Part shown: piece by piece, positions 38,282 to 45,581 of the stretch
How positions within the stretch are numbered: the stretch's first letter is position 1
How the letters are laid out: every line of letters begins with the position of its first letter
Source: Lachnoclostridium sp. UBA1781
GTDB taxonomy: Bacteria > Bacillota > Clostridia > Lachnospirales > Lachnospiraceae
Direction: 5' to 3'
NCBI GenBank assembly: GCA_002315495.1
Contig: DCGJ01000018.1
Location: 1 to 47,581 of the forward strand
DNA: 47,581 nt
Program-made: the position numbers and the translations under genes
Notes under the pieces: model-generated
Seen by the model: only the letters and a program-made list of their open reading frames with translations
Database searches by the model: none
What the model was told of the DNA's origin: nothing

Positions 38282-39128
38282 GCTTTTTCTTATCCTTTCT
38301 GAAAGAGATACTCTTTCTGTGGGTAACCTTATTCTGGCATTCGGTCAGTTTCGATAACAGGTACTCTTCGTCTACATTTCGGATCAGCTGTCCCTTCTGC
38401 GCAATCGAAATCTTTCCGGTTTCCTCGGAAACAATGATGGTAAAGCAGTCGGATACTTCACTAATACCAACACCTGCACGATGTCTCGTTCCAAGCTCCT
38501 TTGAAAGACGCATGTTATCCGAAACCGGGAGAATACAGGTTGCAGCCGCAACACGATCACCGCGAATCAATACGGCGCCGTCATGAAGCGGCGTGTTCTT
38601 CTCGAACATATTCATAATGAGCTGTGCACTAATGGAGGAATCGATGATAATACCGGTTCGCTCATATTCGTCTAACAACACATTTTCCTCAATGCAAATC
38701 AAGGCACCGGTTTTCACCTTTGCCATCTCAGTACAGGCAATGACAAGTTCTCTCTTTGTGCGATCGGAAAATCGTTCCGACACCACTTTATTGTCAAAGA
38801 AGCTCCACAGGTTACGGGAACCCAGCTGTTCCAATGCTCTTCGAAGCTCCGGCTGAAAAATGACAATCAGGGCGATAATACCTACATTAATGGTATTCAC
38901 AAAGATCCACAGAATTGCATCGAATCCGCAGATGGTTGCCCCCAACCAGATGGCCAGAAGAATTACAAGACCTTTCAAAAGATAATAAGCTCTTGTTTTA
39001 CGGATCCAGTTAATCAAACGATATATGACAAATGCAATCAACAGAATCTCAACCACATCTCCGATTCCGATTCTCGGAATCTGCAATCTGCTGAGATACT
39101 TGTCAAATAATGCAATCAGTCGATCCAT
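38265..39128 (-). CDS. cdaA: Diadenylate cyclase CdaA (DisA_N/DAC domain)
   Basis: Three N-terminal TM segments are followed by DAC motifs GALICIE, TPLHDGAVLIRGDRVAAATCILP and LGTRHRAGVGISE. The start is set at the ATG at 39128 (AGGAG SD, 6-nt spacing). The track start at 39146 is a TTG. Confidence 0.9.
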   Translation of the reverse strand: MDRLIALFDKYLSRLQIPRIGIGDVVEILLIAFVIYRLINWIRKTRAYYLLKGLVILLAIWLGATICGFDAILWIFVNTINVGIIALIVIFQPELRRALEQLGSRNLWSFFDNKVVSERFSDRTKRELVIACTEMAKVKTGALICIEENVLLDEYERTGIIIDSSISAQLIMNMFEKNTPLHDGAVLIRGDRVAAATCILPVSDNMRLSKELGTRHRAGVGISEVSDCFTIIVSEETGKISIAQKGQLIRNVDEEYLLSKLTECQNKVTHRKSISFRKDKKKHERKA

Positions 39129-39163
39129 ACTTTTCTCCTTCCCCAAACGATTCGTTCGGACAC

Positions 39164-40411
39164 TTATTCGTCCTCATCCTCATCGTCCTCAAAAATAACA
39201 TTCAAAACCTTTCCGTCTTTCGTAACGGTAGTCTTTGCAGACGGTACTACCGGTTCTGCCGGAGTTACTGCAGCCGCCGGTTTTTCACCATTCTTCGTCT
39301 GTGCCAGAGGATCCTGTTCTTCCTCGTAGTCATCGTCCTCGAATAAGCCGTCATCCGCCCCCTCAGAAATCACCACCGTGGAACTGCGTTCTTTCTCCTC
39401 ACGGAACACAATATCGGAAACGGCATCCATAACCTCGTCTTCAAGCTCGTCCTCATCGTCGTCCTCATCACGTGCATGAAGCGTAACCACCTTACGAACC
39501 GGCTTCTTGGCATTTGACACACGAAGCTTCGGAACAGCCTTCACATAGTAATAATAATCGTCGTCCTCGAATTGTACATTCTCAGTCGCAGCATAATTAA
39601 GTACACGATAGAAGAATTGAACCACAAACGTAATCAGGCCGGAAATCAATGCACCAAAGATAACCGCCACGAGTGTGCTTCCCATGTCGTACTTGAGCCC
39701 GCCAATCAGATTAACGATTACCAAAATAACCGTACCAACCGCAATGCTGATTTCGAACGAATAATCCATCTTCATACGGCGAACAAAATACACGACTGTA
39801 ATACAGAGTGCATATGCAAGCATCGTAACATACATGGCCGGATTCTTTATCAGCTGGTTGATGACGTTCATGTAGATGTCAAATGCGGCATCCGTATTTC
39901 CTTTTAAGGAATCAATGGTGATGGTAAGGTTATCCTTCACAACCGCAAGCATGTAATACAAAAAGATACCGCAGCAGGTTGGAATAATACTGAACAAATC
40001 GCCAAAGCCACCTAACGTAAGCGGGACTGCATAAGGAATCCCGATGCTGCGAAGAACCGGAACCGCCACAACTGCAGCTCCCTGCTTCGGAGTGAAGCGA
40101 AGGAAGAAGCAATACATAATCAGGCAGAAAATGAACACCGTGATAGCCATCAGACTCGAAGCACTGAGAATCTGAAGTACCAGATACGCCAGCATCAAAA
40201 GTAACGTAAGGGAGAACGGCAGGATCGAGCCAAATGCTGCCATCCCGATGACAATTACCGTCTTAGACAGTGCCGCATTTGCGGAAAAGTCATTTCGTAT
40301 CATCATAAATCCCATCAACACCAAAACAAACTTCACGGCAAATCGGAAAATGAAATCATATTTCTGGTAGATTGCCGTGAGTTTTGCACGGATCTCAAAT
40401 AAAACCATCAT
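39164..40411 (-). CDS. Hypothetical polytopic membrane protein with a highly acidic C-terminal tail
   Basis: 415 aa with about 8 predicted hydrophobic segments. The ~120-aa tail is rich in D/E (RDEDDDEDELEDE, FEDDDYEEEQD, FEDDEDEDE). The start overlaps the upstream stop (ATGA). GGGAGGA SD. Confidence 0.7.
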   Translation of the reverse strand: MMVLFEIRAKLTAIYQKYDFIFRFAVKFVLVLMGFMMIRNDFSANAALSKTVIVIGMAAFGSILPFSLTLLLMLAYLVLQILSASSLMAITVFIFCLIMYCFFLRFTPKQGAAVVAVPVLRSIGIPYAVPLTLGGFGDLFSIIPTCCGIFLYYMLAVVKDNLTITIDSLKGNTDAAFDIYMNVINQLIKNPAMYVTMLAYALCITVVYFVRRMKMDYSFEISIAVGTVILVIVNLIGGLKYDMGSTLVAVIFGALISGLITFVVQFFYRVLNYAATENVQFEDDDYYYYVKAVPKLRVSNAKKPVRKVVTLHARDEDDDEDELEDEVMDAVSDIVFREEKERSSTVVISEGADDGLFEDDDYEEEQDPLAQTKNGEKPAAAVTPAEPVVPSAKTTVTKDGKVLNVIFEDDEDEDE

Positions 40412-40845
40412 TCTTCCATATCCTCCCTTTCCTCTTCCTCAATCTCACGAAGACGCTGCTCTTTTTCTTCCAGCTTCTTCAGTTTTCCAAGCGACCGATA
40501 AAACTTAGAAAGCCGTTCCCTCGACTTTGTATATTTTATCGAATACGCAATTACGGTAATTCCGATGTAAATAGTGAGCAATGCAAGGTAATATCCAAGG
40601 ATCACCTTCCCTAGTGCCTTGTAGTTCATAAACAATGCATTGTCCAACAAAAACTCAGAATAGTAGATTGCGATAATCGCAAGGATTAAGACAGAACCAA
40701 GAGTAACTCCGAGGATTGTCTTAATGACCTCCAGTCGAACATAATCCGCCTTGTAATAACGGGCCATATCGATGTCTTCCTTCCCGTCGTGCTTCGCATA
40801 AATCGTAAGCTTTGTCATAAGACGGGTCTTTTTCTCATCAATCAT
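40408..40845 (-). CDS. Hypothetical small membrane protein (2-3 TM segments) with a charged coiled-coil-like tail
   Basis: 145 aa. The TM segments are ILGVTLGSVLILAIIAIYY and ILGYYLALLTIYIGITVIAY. The tail is LKKLEEKEQRLREIEEEEREDMEE. AAGGGAG SD. Confidence 0.65.
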   Translation of the reverse strand: MIDEKKTRLMTKLTIYAKHDGKEDIDMARYYKADYVRLEVIKTILGVTLGSVLILAIIAIYYSEFLLDNALFMNYKALGKVILGYYLALLTIYIGITVIAYSIKYTKSRERLSKFYRSLGKLKKLEEKEQRLREIEEEEREDMEE

Positions 40846-40914
40846 AACTAACTCCCTTTGCGGTGAACATCTACAAAAGGGCAGACTTCCACCTGTTAAA
40901 ATATAGATAAAAAT

Positions 40915-40923
40915 ATTGTATCA
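40915..40923 (-). promoter_or_regulatory. Extended -10 promoter candidate for the membrane-protein/cdaA gene string
   Basis: On the minus strand, TGATACAAT (TGn + TACAAT) is preceded by an A/T-rich tract. The -35 is poor. This call is mutually exclusive with a 17-codon uORF reading of the same DNA. Confidence 0.35.
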
Positions 40924-40982
40924 TACTTTCTCCTTGGAATACAGTATTTTTTTATTTTTTTGCCGAAAAATACCCTTTATTC

Positions 40983-41011
40983 TTGAAATCCCGTCAGTCT
41001 GATAGTATGAT
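40983..41011 (+). promoter_or_regulatory. Sigma-A-like promoter for the Nudix-like/DUF402 gene
   Basis: TTGAAA (40983-40988), a 17-nt spacer, then TATGAT (41006-41011). Confidence 0.55.
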
Positions 41012-41061
41012 TGAAACGAACAGATTTTGAGGTCTGCTGCAACCAAAGGAAAGGATAACGT

Positions 41062-42099
41062 ATGAACCAGCGTCTGGCTATTTTGGACTATCTAAAACAA
41101 CCCACCGGTGCCTTTTGTGACGGCGACCCGCAAACCCTGCAATGGAACGAATTTGTAGGCTATGCCCAGTGTTCCGTATTTGACTGTTCGGGCCGCATTT
41201 TGCTCCTTCGAAGAAAGCATTCGGACTCCTCGATGTACTGGGAAGGAGCCGGCAGCTATCTGTATGAACAGGCAGATTCGCTTACTACGATTACCTCGGT
41301 TTTATCGGAGTTACTTGGAAATGCCTTTATTCCCGCAAATCTTTCCTACTTGCGTGCACTCAATCGCCACCTGACCATTATTGATTTATACGAATATCAT
41401 CTTCCGACGGATGCTCCTATTTCGAAGCTTCCAAAAGAATACTCGGAAGCAAGATTTGTTACCGAGGAGGAACTGAAGCTGTTTATTTTCGAAGGAGTTG
41501 TACGGGAATCCATGCACGCCGCATTTCACTATCGGGAAATGGCCGCCATGCATTATAAGAACATCTATCGAAGCGGATGGCCGCGCGTGACCAAGCGGGA
41601 ATATACCTGGGAATACGTAAGGGACAATCTACTGGACGGAATCATTTCTCTCCTGCATATTCAGAACGTGAAGCAGAAAAATGTAAAAACCATGATTGGG
41701 CGTGATTTTATCATCACGGACAAGGACTACTATTGGTTCCAGTATGCGCCAAGCAAGGAGCATTTCTGGTTAACAGCCATGTTTGATCCTGACCTGAATA
41801 TTGTTCAGTACTATTTTGATATCAGTTATCTCAATGAAGTGTTTTGGGATGGAAATGCCTATTTCTTCGATTTGTACCTGGACATCGTTTTAATTCCGGG
41901 AGGAACACAGATTCTGCTAGACGAGGACGAACTGGACGAAGCTTTTTCTTCCGGTAAAATCACAAAAGAAATGTACGATTTGGCCTGGGAGGAGTGCCAT
42001 AAGCTTCAAGCCCGATTAGAAGGGCGCGAAGAAGAACTTCGGGAGCTGGTTTTGAAACTTACAAAGCATTTGAAAAGACAGCTGGAACGAAAGCGATAA
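41062..42099 (+). CDS. Fusion of a degenerate Nudix-like N-terminal domain and a DUF402 (FomD/Ntdp-like nucleoside di/triphosphatase) C-terminal domain
   Basis: The C-terminus FWLTAMFDPDLNIVQYYFDIS...YFFDLYLDIVLIPGGTQILLDEDELDEAFSSGKIT fits the DUF402 pattern as I recall it. The N-terminus (GRILLLRRKHS...WEGAGSYLYEQADSLTTITSVLSELLG) looks Nudix-like but lacks the REx2EE catalytic glutamates. Confidence 0.7.
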   Translation: MNQRLAILDYLKQPTGAFCDGDPQTLQWNEFVGYAQCSVFDCSGRILLLRRKHSDSSMYWEGAGSYLYEQADSLTTITSVLSELLGNAFIPANLSYLRALNRHLTIIDLYEYHLPTDAPISKLPKEYSEARFVTEEELKLFIFEGVVRESMHAAFHYREMAAMHYKNIYRSGWPRVTKREYTWEYVRDNLLDGIISLLHIQNVKQKNVKTMIGRDFIITDKDYYWFQYAPSKEHFWLTAMFDPDLNIVQYYFDISYLNEVFWDGNAYFFDLYLDIVLIPGGTQILLDEDELDEAFSSGKITKEMYDLAWEECHKLQARLEGREEELRELVLKLTKHLKRQLERKR

Positions 42100-42138
42100 A
42101 AAATGCACCGAATCAGTTCAACTGAAACGGTGCATTTT
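42100..42138 (+). terminator. Bidirectional intrinsic terminator
   Basis: An 11-bp outer stem AAAATGCACCG/CGGTGCATTTT encloses an inner CAGTT/AACTG stem. It is followed by CTTATTC on the plus strand and by an A/T-rich run on the minus strand. Confidence 0.8.
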
Positions 42139-42139
42139 C

Positions 42140-43102
42140 TTATTCATTTTGATTATTCTCATCGGTTCGCTCTGATATAATATATCTCGGTCGATGTTTC
42201 ACTTCCATATAAATCTTACCAATATACTCTCCGATTACGCCAAGAGAAACTAACTGGACACCTCCAATAAAGCAAATAATGCACACCATGCTGGCCCATC
42301 CGTCGCTGTAATTCCCAAGGATTCTCACGATAATCGCCCAAATAATACCAATAAAGCTTACACTCGAAACCAAAAGTCCAAAGCCGGTAATCAGATGAAT
42401 CGGCTTCACACTCAGACTGGTAATACCGTCAAAGGCAAGATGCAACATCTTCCGAAGTGGATAATGAGACTTTCCTGCAACTCTTTCCTGCCGCTTGTAA
42501 TATACACTTGTACTCTTAAAGCCCACTAACGGGAACATTCCCCGAAGGAACAGATTCACTTCCTTAAAACTCTCGAATTCATTTAACACACGTGTTGAAA
42601 CAAGGCGATAATCCGCATGATTATACACAACCTCGCCGCCCATGCGATTTAGGATCCGATAATACCCCTGCGCCGTAGCCCGCTTAAAAAAAGAATCCTT
42701 TTCACGATTGTTTCGAACACCGTATACAATCTCTGCGCCATTATGATATTCCTTCACCATCTCTTCCATGACGCTCACTTCATCCTGCCCGTCACAGTCA
42801 ATGGAAATCGTGATGTCACAATTCGCTTTTGCCTCCAATAAGCCGGCCAAAAGCGCATTTTGATGACCGCGATTGCGACTGAGAGAGATTCCATGAATGT
42901 GCGAATCTTCCTGCGAAAGTTTCGTTATAATATCCCATGTCGTATCCTTACTACCGTCATTCACAAACAAAATGCTGCTCTTCTCGGAAACCAATTGTTC
43001 TGAAATCATTTTATTCAGTTGGCCCAGAAACATACCGGACGTCTCCGGAAGTACCTGCTCTTCGTTATAGCATGGAATCACAATTGTTAATGTAGGTATC
43101 AT
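42140..43102 (-). CDS. Family-2 glycosyltransferase, GtrB/CsbB-like polyprenyl-phosphate glycosyltransferase
   Basis: 320 aa. It has LTIVIPCYNEEQVLPET and the DxD region (SIDCDGQDE), plus two C-terminal TM segments typical of GtrB-type enzymes. Confidence 0.85.
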   Translation of the reverse strand: MIPTLTIVIPCYNEEQVLPETSGMFLGQLNKMISEQLVSEKSSILFVNDGSKDTTWDIITKLSQEDSHIHGISLSRNRGHQNALLAGLLEAKANCDITISIDCDGQDEVSVMEEMVKEYHNGAEIVYGVRNNREKDSFFKRATAQGYYRILNRMGGEVVYNHADYRLVSTRVLNEFESFKEVNLFLRGMFPLVGFKSTSVYYKRQERVAGKSHYPLRKMLHLAFDGITSLSVKPIHLITGFGLLVSSVSFIGIIWAIIVRILGNYSDGWASMVCIICFIGGVQLVSLGVIGEYIGKIYMEVKHRPRYIISERTDENNQNE

Positions 43103-43127
43103 AATCCTCTCCCCATATTGGCTACTC

Positions 43128-43808
43128 TTACGCCATAAGTTCAGCCATTTTCAAATCAAATGGCGTTGTTATTTTAAAATTCTCCTGGTTTCCCAAAACC
43201 ATGGCTACGCGATATCCCGCATTGGTATATACACCACAAACATCAGTCACATTCGCTCTCGCTTCCACAGATAAATCCGAAATCAGATTCTCATACACTC
43301 CCAAGCGAAAGCTCTGCGGTGTCTGCGCCTGATACATTTCCTTTCGAAGTGGCGTGTGGTCAACATATCTTCCATCCTTTGACACCAAAATAGTATCTAC
43401 TGCGGGAAGCACGGTACCTGCAACCGATTCCTTTTCCATTATTGAAATATGGTCTGAAATCAATCCGCTTCGCATAAACGGGCGAACCGCATCATGACTA
43501 ATGACGATGGTATCCTCGCCTGCCCCCAGTTCACGAGCCCGTTGTAATATACATAACAACGTCTCTGTACGATCATGACCACCCGGAACAATTTGAACCT
43601 TTTCTCCGAAGGCGGTAAATTCTTCCTTGCAGAAATCCACCCAGTCCGGATGAACTCCAACAATGATATAGTCCAGCGCATTTGCGGAAACCATATTCGA
43701 AACGGTAATCGACAGAATGGTTTTTCCGTTTATTTTTAAGAATTGCTTCGGAATATCGGCACCCATTCGGCTCCCTGTTCCTCCGGCAACAATCGCTCCA
43801 ATAACCAT
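43128..43808 (-). CDS. IspD/TarI-family cytidylyltransferase (TarI-like, ribitol-5-phosphate cytidylyltransferase candidate)
   Basis: 226 aa. GAIVAGGTGSRMGADIPKQFLKINGKTIL resembles S. pneumoniae TarI (ILAGGTGTRMG..LPKQFL) more than the canonical IspD AAGxGxRM motif. It is flanked by glycosyltransferases. Confidence 0.75.
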   Translation of the reverse strand: MVIGAIVAGGTGSRMGADIPKQFLKINGKTILSITVSNMVSANALDYIIVGVHPDWVDFCKEEFTAFGEKVQIVPGGHDRTETLLCILQRARELGAGEDTIVISHDAVRPFMRSGLISDHISIMEKESVAGTVLPAVDTILVSKDGRYVDHTPLRKEMYQAQTPQSFRLGVYENLISDLSVEARANVTDVCGVYTNAGYRVAMVLGNQENFKITTPFDLKMAELMA

Positions 43809-43828
43809 AATTCTCCTCGCAAATGCCC

Positions 43829-44782
43829 TTAGGTATAAAATATCTGACCCAGTCTTCTGGTTGTGTTGGATTTCCAGAAAGAATGCCGACGAATCGTATT
43901 CATCTTCCCAAAATAATTCCGACAGCGAATATTTACGAAAGATTTCAATAGTTTTCGCTGATCATCCGATAAATCGTTCCGATAAATGCGCCAGAATTCC
44001 TGCGCCTGATCATATGTCTTTTTGAGAGAAATCTGAATCCCCTCACGTTTCGTTGCAAGCTTTGCAACCGAAAGGAGGCTTCGATAATTCTTTGCCCCCT
44101 CCTGATTATCATCATGCTGGCGATAATAAATATGCGGAGTCTCCATAAATCCGATTTCTCCAAATGCGGCCGCAATTAATCCAAGCCACCAGTCATGCAT
44201 AATCGCCTTCTTCGGGATGGCGCGCATTTTCATAAGCAATGCACGATTCATCATCACGGTACAGCCGGTAATCGAGTTTTGAATTAGCTGCTTATTAAAC
44301 GACAGCCCGGTTCCCTTCAGGCGTTGAAAGCGATACATCGATGGGCAGATGATGTTACCCACGGAATCCACCAGTGTCAAATCCCCGTGTACAAGTAACG
44401 GCGTATCTTCCTCCCGTTTTGCTTCCAGTTCTCTCATTGCTTCCAAGGCTGCAGATACCTTATCGGGAAGCCAAATATCATCCTGGTCGGAGCACATAAT
44501 ATACGGCGAAATTTCTCCAAACCTCCCCTGTCGGTAAGCTTGTAATATGCGAAAGAAGTTCTGCGAAGCACTGCCGGTATTCTGCTTTCGAAAAAAGACC
44601 CGCATTCGATTCGGATACTTCTTCTTCAGGGATAATAGTTTTTCCTTCATCTCATCGCGGGAGCAATCGTCAACAACAAGCAGCTCCAAGTCTTTGAAAT
44701 CCTGCTCCATAATTGAGTCGACCTGCTCTTCAATATAACGTTCACCATTATAGGTGGCCATTAACACAGTAACCGTAGGCAT
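43829..44782 (-). CDS. Family-2 glycosyltransferase
   Basis: 317 aa. VTVLMATYNGERYIEEQVDSIMEQDFKDLELLVVDDCS and an SDQDD (DxD) motif are present. AAAGGAGGAAG SD. Confidence 0.85.
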   Translation of the reverse strand: MPTVTVLMATYNGERYIEEQVDSIMEQDFKDLELLVVDDCSRDEMKEKLLSLKKKYPNRMRVFFRKQNTGSASQNFFRILQAYRQGRFGEISPYIMCSDQDDIWLPDKVSAALEAMRELEAKREEDTPLLVHGDLTLVDSVGNIICPSMYRFQRLKGTGLSFNKQLIQNSITGCTVMMNRALLMKMRAIPKKAIMHDWWLGLIAAAFGEIGFMETPHIYYRQHDDNQEGAKNYRSLLSVAKLATKREGIQISLKKTYDQAQEFWRIYRNDLSDDQRKLLKSFVNIRCRNYFGKMNTIRRHSFWKSNTTRRLGQIFYT

Positions 44783-44820
44783 GTTCTTCCTCCTTTCGCA
44801 GTTTATGTAATAAATATAAC

Positions 44821-45504
44821 TTACTCAATAAATCCAAGTTCTCTGAAGCACTCGGTATTGCCGGCGTAAAGAACATTTTCCTTACCGCTGACACGCCTTA
44901 ACACTTCCTCCAAACGATCCCAAAGGTTGTCGCCGTCACACTCATAGCTGTGACCCCAGATGTACAACACCTTCGGATCCTCGGAATCGTCAGAAAAGAA
45001 CTTATCAATTTTTTCAAAGATATCCGCATCACGAAAATGCCCTGCGCTCTTGAAAAGAAGCATATTCTCCTGCGGGCCGAAATCCCAGGTTGTTTCGCAG
45101 GTTCGGCAATGCTTGATTCCAAGCTCCTTTAGCACCTCACAGGCGGTATCGTTATAAATGCCATACGCCCAGGCAGCGCCCTCCATCTTCTGTCCGAAAA
45201 TAGCCTCCAAGTTCTTCTTGTCCTCGGCGAACTCGGTTACCATCTGCTCTCTTGTCAGGTCATTAACCGAAGCATGCATCAAGCCGTGCACGCACACCTC
45301 GTGTCCCTCGTAATACTCTTTCTTCAGTTCCTTCGGTTTCTCTACGTGAAATCCGTTGTAATCCCATGCACTAGGCACAGAATAAAGACCACTGTTCAGG
45401 TTGAAACTGCATTTCACACCATATTTGTTAAACAGCTCAACAAGACGAAAGTCGGATACATTACCATCATCAAAACTAAATGTTACTGCCCGATTGTACT
45501 TCAT
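44821..45504 (-). CDS. Polysaccharide deacetylase (NodB-homology) family protein
   Basis: AVTFSFDDGNVSDFRLVELFNKYGVKCSFNLNSG and HGLMHAS motifs are present. The start is set at the ATG at 45504 (AGGAGGG SD) rather than 45576. Confidence 0.8.
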   Translation of the reverse strand: MKYNRAVTFSFDDGNVSDFRLVELFNKYGVKCSFNLNSGLYSVPSAWDYNGFHVEKPKELKKEYYEGHEVCVHGLMHASVNDLTREQMVTEFAEDKKNLEAIFGQKMEGAAWAYGIYNDTACEVLKELGIKHCRTCETTWDFGPQENMLLFKSAGHFRDADIFEKIDKFFSDDSEDPKVLYIWGHSYECDGDNLWDRLEEVLRRVSGKENVLYAGNTECFRELGFIE

Positions 45505-45546
45505 AAACACCCTCCTAATCTCAGCATAAACGCCTCTCATCTGATT

Positions 45547-45575
45547 ATTATACCACGACAAGAGGCGCATTTCCA
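45547..45575 (-). promoter_or_regulatory. Promoter candidate for the deacetylase/glycosyltransferase genes
   Basis: On the minus strand, TGGAAA (45575-45570), a 17-nt spacer, then TATAAT (45552-45547). Confidence 0.35.
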
Positions 45576-45581
45576 CATTTT

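Noticed and set aside
40871-40924. 17-codon uORF (MIQYFYLYFNRWKSALL) with an AAGGAG SD in the leader of the membrane-protein/cdaA string
   Set aside because: It overlaps the extended -10 promoter candidate, so both cannot be true. It is very short and I cannot test conservation. I kept it only as an alternative reading.
45531-45567. 7-bp inverted repeat CGCCTCT...AGAGGCG bracketing the -10 box upstream of the deacetylase gene
   Set aside because: The stem is short and the loop is 23 nt. This could arise by chance, and I cannot assess a matching regulator or conservation.
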